Position numbers and translations under genes: made by a program
Shown: one piece after another, positions 49,723 through 58,225 of the stretch
Layout: every line of letters starts with the position of its first letter
How positions within the stretch are numbered: the stretch's first letter is position 1
The notes under the pieces: model-generated
The model's database searches: none
Told to the model about the DNA's origin: nothing
The model's input: the letters and a program-made list of their open reading frames with translations, nothing else
Source of the DNA: Patescibacteria group bacterium
Lineage (GTDB): Bacteria; Patescibacteriota; Patescibacteriia; Patescibacteriales; UBA12465
NCBI GenBank assembly: GCA_050949505.1
Contig: JBMNFV010000001.1
Coordinates: forward strand, 445,625 to 509,624
DNA: 64,000 bases
Direction of reading: 5' to 3'

Positions 49723-51204
49723 ATGGTCAATTCTCAGGACACCAACAAACTAGGAGAACGAGAAGAGCGCTTAAAGAAACTAGCTAAGTTAAAGGAGTTA
49801 GGGATAAACCCTTATCCAGCTCAAGTGAAACGAGAGGAGCTAGTAGAGCAGGTAATAGCTAACTTCCAGGACTTGTTAGCTAGTCAACAGGTTGTCTATT
49901 TGGCTGGTCGCTTACGCTCTAAACGAACCCATGGCAACCTCACCTTTGCTGACCTGGAAGACAAAAGCGGTCAATTACAATTAGCCTTTTCTAAGAAAGA
50001 ATTAGGAGCGGAGGCTTATAAAAACTTTGTTAAATTAATTGATGCGGCTGACTTTATTCAAGTGTCCGGAGTCGCTTTCTTAACTAATAGCGGTGAGCAG
50101 AGCTTGTTAATAAAAGATTGGCAGCTCCTTACTAAATCTCTTAGGCCGATTCCTGACTCTTGGTATGGTCTAAAAGATGAAGAAGAACGCTTAAGGAAGC
50201 GTTACCTAGATCTATTGCTAAACCCAGAGTCACGAGAAATATTCTACAAAAAAGCTTTGTTTTGGGAGGTGACTAGAGACTTTTTAAAGCGTCATGGCTT
50301 TTTTGAGGTAGAAACTCCCACCCTAGAGGTCACTACCGGAGGGGCGGAGGCTAATCCTTTTAAAACCCATCATGATGACTATGACTTGCCGGTCTATCTC
50401 CGAATATCAGTAGGCGAGCTATGGCAAAAACGTCTAATGGCCGCGGGCTTTGAAAAGACTTTTGAAATTGGTCGCACTTATCGCAATGAAGGAAGCAGTC
50501 CGGAACATTTGCAAGAATTTACTAACCTAGAATTCTATTGGGCTTATGCTAACTATCAGCAAGGCATGAAGCTAGCCCAAGATCTATATCAAGAGTTAGC
50601 TACTAAGGTTTTTGGCACTACTAAATTTAAAACTAAGGAATTTGAGTATGACCTAGCCGGAGACTGGCCACAAATAGACTACCGAGAGATAATCAAGGAA
50701 AAAACAGGAGTAGATGTTTTAACCGCCAAAACAACTGAGCTGGAGGTTAAGCTACAAGAACTAAAGGTGAAGTATGAGGGTAATAACCGGGAACGATTAA
50801 CTGACACCCTTTGGAAATATTGTCGGCGAACAATTGCTGGCCCAGTCTTTTTAATCAATCACCCTAAGTTAGTTAGCCCCCTAGCTAAAGCCAAGGAGGA
50901 TAATCCTGAGCTAACCGAACGCTTTCAAATTATTATCGCTGGCTCTGAGGTAGGCAATGGTTTTTCTGAACTTAATGACCCCCTTGATCAAGCCGATAGA
51001 TTTGCTAAGCAACAGAAATTACTAGATCGGGGTGATAAAGAAGCGATGATACCAGATTGGGAATTTGTAGAGATGTTAGAGCACGGCATCCCCCCTACCT
51101 GTGGCTTTGGTTTTGGTGAAAGACTATTTTCCTTTATGTGCAATAAGTCAGTGAGAGAAACAACCCTCTTTCCTCTGTTAAGACCTAAAAGGGAAGAGAA
51201 ATAA
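49723..51204 (+). CDS. lysS: Lysine--tRNA ligase (class II)
   Basis: RKRYLDL, EVETP, GRTYRNEG, NGFSELNDP, LEHGIPPTCGFGFG. Confidence 0.97.
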   Translation: MVNSQDTNKLGEREERLKKLAKLKELGINPYPAQVKREELVEQVIANFQDLLASQQVVYLAGRLRSKRTHGNLTFADLEDKSGQLQLAFSKKELGAEAYKNFVKLIDAADFIQVSGVAFLTNSGEQSLLIKDWQLLTKSLRPIPDSWYGLKDEEERLRKRYLDLLLNPESREIFYKKALFWEVTRDFLKRHGFFEVETPTLEVTTGGAEANPFKTHHDDYDLPVYLRISVGELWQKRLMAAGFEKTFEIGRTYRNEGSSPEHLQEFTNLEFYWAYANYQQGMKLAQDLYQELATKVFGTTKFKTKEFEYDLAGDWPQIDYREIIKEKTGVDVLTAKTTELEVKLQELKVKYEGNNRERLTDTLWKYCRRTIAGPVFLINHPKLVSPLAKAKEDNPELTERFQIIIAGSEVGNGFSELNDPLDQADRFAKQQKLLDRGDKEAMIPDWEFVEMLEHGIPPTCGFGFGERLFSFMCNKSVRETTLFPLLRPKREEK

Positions 51205-51208
51205 GAAT

Positions 51209-51282
51209 TCGGGGATCGTCTAATGGTAGGACAGCAGGTTCTGGTCCTGTTAATCTGGGTTCGAATCCTAGTCCCCGAGCCA
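51209..51282 (+). tRNA. tRNA-Gln(CTG)
   Basis: Acceptor tcgggga/tccccga; gcagg-ttCTGgt-cctgt; gggttcgaatcc; encoded CCA. Confidence 0.96.
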
Positions 51283-51323
51283 GATATAAAATAGGCCAAT
51301 ATAGGCCTATTTTTATTATTCTA

Positions 51324-51458
51324 TTGACAAAATAGATTAAACATGATATAATGTAATCATAGTAATTGAGCACGACCTTTAACAAATAAATTAACATGTA
51401 ATAATTACTAGCTCTGCTAATTTGTTAGTTGGACTAGTAATTATTATATGTTTAATTT
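51324..51458 (+). promoter_or_regulatory. sigma70 promoter, boxA-like motif and leader hairpin
   Basis: TTGACA-17-TATAAT; GACCTTTAACAAA 51374-51386; hairpin 51388-51458. Confidence 0.7.
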
Positions 51459-51512
51459 AAAAAAGGAGATCTCTAGTGAGACCGGCAACGGGGTAAGCTA
51501 GGGAAGAAAAGA

Positions 51513-51917
51513 ATGAAAACAAATATAAATTATTTGATTGAAAGTAATCCAAGTGGAGTAATGGACATAAAAAATCCTCTAACAGTAGCCGAATATTGTG
51601 ACAACTTTGGCTTTGGATTAAAGAATAAGTTTACTATTTTTAAAACCAAGGAACTAACTTTTGATAGAAAAGAAGACTGGTTTGCTCATGGGAAGAAAAA
51701 CCTAAAAGACTTGTTCACTGTAGAAAGTAAGTCTGATGGTTTGTTGGTGGTTTTTATAATAGAAACCATGAAGGCTGGTAAAATTCGTTGTCAGTTAATA
51801 CTGACAACTGAGGCTTATCAAAAAATAGTGGACGACAAAACTTCTAAAATAATTCAAGTGCATCAAATGTACAAGGAATTTTTTAGAGACCATATTTCCT
51901 TAAATATGGAAACATAA
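51513..51917 (+). CDS. Hypothetical protein (ORFan-like)
   Basis: 134-aa ORF with its own promoter and terminator; no recognised motif. Confidence 0.7.
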   Translation: MKTNINYLIESNPSGVMDIKNPLTVAEYCDNFGFGLKNKFTIFKTKELTFDRKEDWFAHGKKNLKDLFTVESKSDGLLVVFIIETMKAGKIRCQLILTTEAYQKIVDDKTSKIIQVHQMYKEFFRDHISLNMET

Positions 51918-52080
51918 CAACGAAGCATAAAATTAATCCCCCTTTTAACTAGGGGGATTTTTTATTTCTTAAATTTACAATTACTTGCGCTACTAATTAT
52001 TGGTAATAGTTTAGCTATTTTGACGTAAAGGTATTTAAAATATGGTCACTTAATGTTATAGTAAGGATAATGAATAAGAA

Positions 52081-52103
52081 GGGGCGCGCTAAGTGGTAAG
52101 GCA
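52081..52103 (+). pseudogene. Probable 5' fragment of a tRNA (Gln-like)
   Basis: ggggcgcgctaagtggtaaggca resembles the acceptor 5' strand plus D arm of tRNA-Gln; the rest is absent. Confidence 0.5.
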
Positions 52104-52225
52104 TTTGTAAGCTGCATCAATTATTTAAATATATGGAATTAACAGAAAAAGAATCAACTAGAATAATTACAAAATGCAGCAAATAGACCTTTTAGCTGCA
52201 GCAATTAACTGCTATAATAAAAATT

Positions 52226-52489
52226 ATGAGTAATACAAAGAGGCAGCAAAATATCATTAACTATATTCAGAGCAAGGGTAAGGTGGCCAATGCCGAGATT
52301 TTAGATTTTCTTGATAATACTATTGAAAGAACCACCCTACAAAGAGACTTAAACCTTCTGTTAAAAAAAGGCCTGATTACAAAATCCGGCTCAGGCAGAA
52401 GCACCGCTTATTCCATTTCAAAAATAAATAAAATATCTCTACCAATTAATATAGAGGAATATTTTAATACTCCATATTATTTTAAATAA
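52226..52489 (+). pseudogene. DeoR-like winged HTH, likely a truncated N-terminus of an HTH-Fic protein
   Basis: RQQNII...ERTTLQRDLNLL...GSGRSTAY...INIEEYF, then an early stop. Confidence 0.6.
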
Positions 52490-52507
52490 ATTAAGTTATA
52501 AAAATAT

Positions 52508-52744
52508 ATGATAGAACAATTCATTATAGAAAATACCTGGATCATTTATGTCGCTGTCCTCTGGGTCTTGCCCTGGAAAGGGGTAGCACTTTGGCGGGCG
52601 AGCAAGAATAATCATAGAAATTGGTTTATATTTATTTTAGTGCTTAACACTTTAGCTATTTTAGAAATTATCTATATCTTCTTTTTTAGCAAACGAAAGA
52701 AAACTAATTTTATACAGAGGATCGCTAAAACTCTAAGAAGGTAA
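52508..52744 (+). CDS. DUF5652-like small membrane protein
   Basis: WVLPWKGVALWRAS...WFIFILVLNTLAILEIIYIF. Confidence 0.85.
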   Translation: MIEQFIIENTWIIYVAVLWVLPWKGVALWRASKNNHRNWFIFILVLNTLAILEIIYIFFFSKRKKTNFIQRIAKTLRR

Positions 52745-52790
52745 GCAGGTTTTAATAGGTAATTTTAAATTATTATAATTAAAAAAATAT

Positions 52791-53486
52791 ATGATACTCA
52801 CTTTAGAAAAAAGAATCATTGAAGCTCCGGGGGTAGAGACCTTTGTTTTTAGATCGGATTCACCCCTTAGTTGGCAAGCGGGGCAATTTATTCACTACGT
52901 TCTTAGCCATGAACCAGCTGATAATCGTGGCGCTGATCGTTGGTTTACCATTTCTACGGCTCCTTATGAGGAAAAGATAGCCCTTACTACTAGATTTGAC
53001 TCAGAGCGCAGTAGTAGCTTTAAAAGTCAGTTAATAAAACTTGAGGCGGGAGAAACTATTTTAGCCAAAGAGATTGGGGGAGGATTTTTGTTTGCTTCTG
53101 AGCAGGCCGAGCAGCACCATGTTTTTATCGCGGGAGGAATTGGGATCACTCCTTATCGGTCTATCTTGAAACAATTAGCCCATGAAGATAAGCAGCCTGA
53201 AATTACCTTAATTTATGCTAACCGTGATCAAAACTTCGTTTACCAAGTAGAATTAGAGCAATTAGCAGAGACTAATCCTAATTTAAAAATTCATTATCTA
53301 GCTGACCCGGAGCGCTTGAGTCTAACTAAAATTCAAGAATTAGTTCCTGACCTAAATTCAGCGATTGTCTATATTTCTGGTCCCAAAGGGCTAGTGAAGA
53401 CTTTAGAAAAAGATTTGCGCGAAGCGGGAGTTAGGGAGGATAACTTAAGACAAGACGGATTTCCTGGCTATCCAGAGGGTTACTAG
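52791..53486 (+). CDS. FAD/NAD(P)-binding oxidoreductase (FNR-like)
   Basis: AGQF, RWFTIS, FIAGGIGITP, YISGP. Confidence 0.9.
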   Translation: MILTLEKRIIEAPGVETFVFRSDSPLSWQAGQFIHYVLSHEPADNRGADRWFTISTAPYEEKIALTTRFDSERSSSFKSQLIKLEAGETILAKEIGGGFLFASEQAEQHHVFIAGGIGITPYRSILKQLAHEDKQPEITLIYANRDQNFVYQVELEQLAETNPNLKIHYLADPERLSLTKIQELVPDLNSAIVYISGPKGLVKTLEKDLREAGVREDNLRQDGFPGYPEGY

Positions 53487-53539
53487 TCATTAAGATTAGA
53501 TTTTATTTTATAAAAAAACCGTTATTTTAGTAACGGTTT

Positions 53540-53761
53540 TTAAATAGATCGAGATAAATAATTAGCTACCACTCGGACAGCAATATTATAAACCTCTTGG
53601 GGTTCCATTAGTCTGGTATCCATAGTCTTGTCTAGTTCGGCTCGGAAATCCACTAAGGTTTCCGGGAGATGCTTTCTGGATACGGTGGTCATTAAATAAC
53701 TTTGATGTCTATTATAATGATCGTGCAAACATCTCTGAGCCATCCTTATTAGAATATTCAT
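53540..53761 (-). CDS. Hypothetical protein (ORFan-like)
   Basis: 73-aa ORF with an upstream TTGACT promoter and AAGGAG; ends at a shared terminator. Confidence 0.55.
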   Translation of the reverse strand: MNILIRMAQRCLHDHYNRHQSYLMTTVSRKHLPETLVDFRAELDKTMDTRLMEPQEVYNIAVRVVANYLSRSI

Positions 53762-53918
53762 GATGACAGATTTTTAAAGTTCTGCTCCTTTCTTATCATT
53801 TATTATCAAAAAAGTCAAGATTAATAAAATTAAGCCTAGTCTAACTCCTTGTTATTATTGATAAATTATGATACCATGCTAGCAATAATTCTTTTACTAT
53901 TTAATTAGTTTTCAGACC

Positions 53919-54476
53919 ATGGCGAGGACTTTAAATTCAGCTAAACTAAGAAGGATAGACCCTAAGCAGGCCAAGGCTATTAGTCAAGAGGTCAAGCGTA
54001 ATCCCATTTATTTAGTGATTAATGATATTTTAGACACCTATAACATTGGGGGTTTTTTTCGGTTAGCAGATGCAATTGCGGTAGAGAAGGTTTATCTTTG
54101 CGGACGATCAGCTACACCCCCTAATCCTCGTATTGTTAAAGCTTCGGTCGGTGCTTACAAGTTAGTGCCTTGGGAGTATAAAGAGACTTTTCAAGAGGTA
54201 GTAGCAGAACTAAGACAAGTGCCTGGCATACAAATAGTTGGTATAGAGCAAAGTGAGCATTCCCAAGATTATCGGAAAATTAACTATCGCTTTCCGCTAG
54301 CCTTTGTGCTGGGAAATGAAACCAAGGGCCTAAGCCAAGCAGATTTAAAACTAATTGATCAAGTGGCAGAAATTCCGATGTATGGGGTTAATAAGTCACT
54401 TAATGTTATGATTGCGGCGGGAGTAGTTATTTTTAGAGCTTTACACGCTCCTAGGCGCTTTAAGTTATTAAAATAA
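53919..54476 (+). CDS. SpoU/TrmH family RNA methyltransferase
   Basis: NIGGFFRLAD, LGNETKGL, IPMYGVNKSLNV. Confidence 0.92.
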   Translation: MARTLNSAKLRRIDPKQAKAISQEVKRNPIYLVINDILDTYNIGGFFRLADAIAVEKVYLCGRSATPPNPRIVKASVGAYKLVPWEYKETFQEVVAELRQVPGIQIVGIEQSEHSQDYRKINYRFPLAFVLGNETKGLSQADLKLIDQVAEIPMYGVNKSLNVMIAAGVVIFRALHAPRRFKLLK

Positions 54477-54482
54477 GGATAT

Positions 54483-55427
54483 ATGAGGCCACGCTTTAAG
54501 TTATTGATAATCTCCACATTAATAATAGTTAGCTTAATAATTATTATTATTTTTAGTTTGCCAAGCCGTTCTCTTAATAAAACTTCAGCACAATTACAGA
54601 TAGTCACTACTTTATTTCCCTTAGCCGATATTGCTCAAAATATAGGCGGGGAAGAGGTGACGGTCTTAAGACTACTTAAACCTGGATTGGATGCTCACAC
54701 TTATGAACCTAGCCCCTTAGATTTTCAAAAGATTAATCAAGCCGATATTTTTATCTACACCGGACCCTTTATGGAGCCTTGGGCAGAAAAAATTATTCAA
54801 AGCCTTAATAACCCTGAATTGCTAGTAATTAATGCTAGTGAGGGAGTTAACTTCCTGGACGCTACTGGAGAATTAAACACTGAGTCCGACCATCAGGGCC
54901 TAGACCCTCACGTTTGGCTGGACCTAGGAAATTTAGAAGTGATGGCTAAAAATATCGGAGAGGGAATTAAGTTAAAACTGTCCTCTGAAGAAGAGGCAAT
55001 AGCAGTTCGTCAGAATGACTATTTGTCACAAATTAGAGAGCTAGACGAACACTACCAGTCAGAGCTCGCTAATTGTCGGCACCGGCAATTTATCTATAGT
55101 GGTCATTATGCCTTCGCCTATCTTAGTCAGCGCTATAATTTAAGTTATCAATCACTCTACGGCTTGTCACCTGATGCTGAGCCTAGTGCTGCTCAGGTAA
55201 TTGAGTTTATTAATAAAATAAAGGAAGCGGAGGTAAATTATATTTTCTTTGAAGAATTGTTAAATCCCCGTCTAACTGACACCTTGAAAAAAGAAACAGG
55301 AATAACTCCACTAGCTCTTAACGATGCTCATAATTTAAAAGCTGATGAATTAGCGGCTGGTAAGTCTTTGCTCGCCGTTTTTCAAGACAACTTAGCAACA
55401 TTAAAACTAGGTTTAGAGTGCTATTAA
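54483..55427 (+). CDS. znuA: Zn/Mn ABC transporter substrate-binding protein
   Basis: DAHTYEPSP, DPHVWL, HYAFAYL, EPSA. Confidence 0.9.
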   Translation: MRPRFKLLIISTLIIVSLIIIIIFSLPSRSLNKTSAQLQIVTTLFPLADIAQNIGGEEVTVLRLLKPGLDAHTYEPSPLDFQKINQADIFIYTGPFMEPWAEKIIQSLNNPELLVINASEGVNFLDATGELNTESDHQGLDPHVWLDLGNLEVMAKNIGEGIKLKLSSEEEAIAVRQNDYLSQIRELDEHYQSELANCRHRQFIYSGHYAFAYLSQRYNLSYQSLYGLSPDAEPSAAQVIEFINKIKEAEVNYIFFEELLNPRLTDTLKKETGITPLALNDAHNLKADELAAGKSLLAVFQDNLATLKLGLECY

Positions 55428-55428
55428 T

Positions 55429-56175
55429 ATGAATAAAATATTGGAGGTAAATAAATTAAGTTTTGCTTACGGCGCGGAGCCAGTCTTTGAGGAATTATCC
55501 TTTACCGTCGCGGCTGGTGACTTTATTGCTCTAGCTGGTCCCAATGGAGCAGGGAAAACTACCTTAGTGCGTTTGATTTTAGGTCTGGAGACCAGGACTA
55601 GTGGGCAAATTAGCCTATTAGGAGAGAGTAGTTCTAAAAAAATACCTTGGAAGCAAATTGGCTACTTAGCTCAAAAGAATAATCTTTTTAATCCCTTGTT
55701 TCCTGCTCGGGTAGAGGAAGTTGTTGGCTTAGGTTTATTAGCGCAAAAGAAATACTTTAAACGTTTAAACTCTAAAGACCAAGAAAGAATAGCGGATGTC
55801 TTAGAGTATTTAAAAATAGACTCCCTAAAGCATAAGTCTATTAATGACTTATCTGGCGGAGAGCAGCAAAAGGTCTTTTTAGCTAGAGCCTTAGTTTCTA
55901 AGCCCAAACTACTAATTATGGATGAGCCGAATACCGCCCTAGACCCGGCTAGTCGCCAAGAATTTTTTGAGATTATTAAATCGCTTAATGACCAAGGGGT
56001 GACTATTATTATGATTACTCATGATACCGCTCAAGCGGGTCTTTATGCTAAGCAATTGCTGTATTTAGATAAAAAGATTGTTTTTTACGGACCCTTTAAA
56101 GACTTTTGTCTCTCTAAAGAAATGGAGCAATACTTTGGACCTTTTTCTCAGCATCTAATTTGTCATCAACACTAA
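55429..56175 (+). CDS. znuC: Zn/Mn ABC transporter ATPase
   Basis: GPNGAGKT, LSGGEQQ, MDEP, ITHD; C-terminal CHQH. Confidence 0.92.
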   Translation: MNKILEVNKLSFAYGAEPVFEELSFTVAAGDFIALAGPNGAGKTTLVRLILGLETRTSGQISLLGESSSKKIPWKQIGYLAQKNNLFNPLFPARVEEVVGLGLLAQKKYFKRLNSKDQERIADVLEYLKIDSLKHKSINDLSGGEQQKVFLARALVSKPKLLIMDEPNTALDPASRQEFFEIIKSLNDQGVTIIMITHDTAQAGLYAKQLLYLDKKIVFYGPFKDFCLSKEMEQYFGPFSQHLICHQH

Positions 56176-56178
56176 GCT

Positions 56179-56994
56179 ATGAATATTATTGAGCTACTCT
56201 CATTTCAATTCATTCAGAATGCCTATTTAGCTGGCTCATTTATTGCCATTTTGTCAGCTATTTTAGGACTTATTTTAGTACTACGTAAATTATCATTAAT
56301 TGGTGATGGTTTGGCTCATGTTAGCTTTGGGGCTATTGCCTTGGCTCTGTTTCTGGGCATTTATCCAACCTACCTAGCTATCCCCATTGCGATTCTTGCT
56401 TCTTTCTTGATCTCTCAATTAAGCCAGCGGGGCAAGATTCATGGAGATGCGGCGATTGGCATTGTTTCTACCACCGGCATAGCTCTGGGGATAATCTTTG
56501 CTAGCCTAGCCCAAGGCTTTAATATTGATTTGTTTAGCTATTTGTTTGGCAATATTTTAGCAATTAGTTCCACTGAAGTTTATTTAGCAATAGGCTTGTC
56601 ACTGCTAATCATTGGTGCCATCACTTGGTTCTATCACGACCTATTTTCCACCACCTTTGATCGTGAGTATGCGGCGGTGTCAGGAATCAAGACTGCTCGG
56701 ATAGACTTTGTCCTAATGAGTCTAACGGCTATTACCATTGTCTTAGCCATTAAATTGGTCGGAATCATGTTGATCTCCGCCTTGCTGATTCTACCTGCTC
56801 TAAGCTCTTTGCAATTAGCTAAGGGCTTCCTAGAAGCCATCATTATTGCTAGTCTAATTGCTGTTCTAACGGTTCTTATTGGGATCACCTTATCTTTCTA
56901 TGCCAACTTGCCCAGTGGAGCCACGATTGTGATTATTAACCTAGGCTTCTTCCTGGCCTCCCTATTGCTCAGCAAATTTAAGCGCCACTATTAA
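56179..56994 (+). CDS. znuB: Zn/Mn ABC transporter permease
   Basis: GDGLAHVS, YLFGNIL, PSGATIV. Confidence 0.92.
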   Translation: MNIIELLSFQFIQNAYLAGSFIAILSAILGLILVLRKLSLIGDGLAHVSFGAIALALFLGIYPTYLAIPIAILASFLISQLSQRGKIHGDAAIGIVSTTGIALGIIFASLAQGFNIDLFSYLFGNILAISSTEVYLAIGLSLLIIGAITWFYHDLFSTTFDREYAAVSGIKTARIDFVLMSLTAITIVLAIKLVGIMLISALLILPALSSLQLAKGFLEAIIIASLIAVLTVLIGITLSFYANLPSGATIVIINLGFFLASLLLSKFKRHY

Positions 56995-57053
56995 AAAATA
57001 TTTAAGCGTGCTAGTATTTAAGTGTTAGTTATTTAATTAATTATAATCAATTT

Positions 57054-57719
57054 ATGAGACAAGCTAAACGACCAGGTAGAGCCGGGGAACGTCCTCGTTT
57101 CTCGGGGAGAAGTAATTTTCAACAAGGAGGTAGAGGGGAGAAGTTTAAGGCAATTTGCTCTGAATGTGGCCAAGATTGTTATCTACCCTTTAAACCTAGT
57201 TCACACAAGCCCGTCTATTGCGATACTTGCTTTCAGGGACATCGCTTAATTAATCCTCAAAAGTCTAGCCAATTTATTGCTAAGAAATTTCCTCAACTAG
57301 ACCAAGCGGAGCAACTGAGACTGCAAGAAAAATTAGAAATGATGAATGCTAAATTAGAAAAAATTTTAGAATTTGTTTCTCAAGTTTCTAGGCAAATCAA
57401 AGAACTAGAATTTCCTCAACCACAGGAGATTATCAAGCAAGCTAAGTCAGGAGCCAAAGAGCTCAAGAAAAACTTAGAAGACAAGCAGGCTAAGTTAAAG
57501 AGCATAAAAACTGATACCAAGAAATTAGGGCAAGAGCTAAAGCAAGATGCTAAGGTAATTAAAAAGGCAGCGGCTAAAGGAGCTAAAACTATTAGCAAAA
57601 CCATTGCCAAAGATGTTAAAAAGGTTAAGAAGGAGGTAAAAAAGATTGTTAAAGAGGTAAAGAAAACTCCCGCTAAAAAGGCCCCTGTCAAAAAAACTTC
57701 TGCTAAAGCTAAGAAATAG
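57054..57719 (+). CDS. CxxC-x17-CxxC domain protein with Lys-rich tail
   Basis: CSECGQDCYLPFKP...PVYCDTCF; coiled coil; KKAPVKK tail. Confidence 0.85.
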   Translation: MRQAKRPGRAGERPRFSGRSNFQQGGRGEKFKAICSECGQDCYLPFKPSSHKPVYCDTCFQGHRLINPQKSSQFIAKKFPQLDQAEQLRLQEKLEMMNAKLEKILEFVSQVSRQIKELEFPQPQEIIKQAKSGAKELKKNLEDKQAKLKSIKTDTKKLGQELKQDAKVIKKAAAKGAKTISKTIAKDVKKVKKEVKKIVKEVKKTPAKKAPVKKTSAKAKK

Positions 57720-57865
57720 TTAAACTTACTTCAATTAGACTAAAAACTGACTCTTCGGGTCAGTTTTTTAGTTTACCCCTTGACATTTATTCCTAATTAC
57801 TCTAAACTGGGCAACAGTTTGTATTAATAGTAATTTAAAAAAAGCAGCCGGGGAGGGCTGAAAAA

Positions 57866-58078
57866 ATGAAAAAAGAAACAAAAACCGGCGTTATTAACGC
57901 CGACTTACTTACTTTTAAAACGCATTTGGTATTAACTGGACTTCGTCCCGGAGCTAGGGTTTATGAGTATCCTAATCCGACTGACGACTGCGTTAGTCCG
58001 GATTGTGTGGCCATCCAAAAAAGCCTAAAGGAGGAGCACTTTTATAGTGTTCCTAAAATAGCGGTTAATTGGGAGTAA
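57866..58078 (+). CDS. Hypothetical protein (ORFan-like)
   Basis: 70 aa; promoter TTGACA-17-TAAACT, GGAGG SD, terminator at ~58091. Confidence 0.65.
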   Translation: MKKETKTGVINADLLTFKTHLVLTGLRPGARVYEYPNPTDDCVSPDCVAIQKSLKEEHFYSVPKIAVNWE

Positions 58079-58225
58079 TACAAAAAAACAAAGAGCATTG
58101 AAAAATTAATGCTCTTTTTTATTAGACTAAATTAGACTAGTCTGGCAGAGAGCTGGGGTCTAGTCTGGATTTTTTGCTTTATTTGTGCTAGACTAGGAGA
58201 AATATAAACAATAATTTAGAGAACT

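Noticed and set aside
50988-51397. Minus-strand ORFs over the lysS end and tRNA-Gln
   Set aside because: Antisense to a tRNA and a core gene
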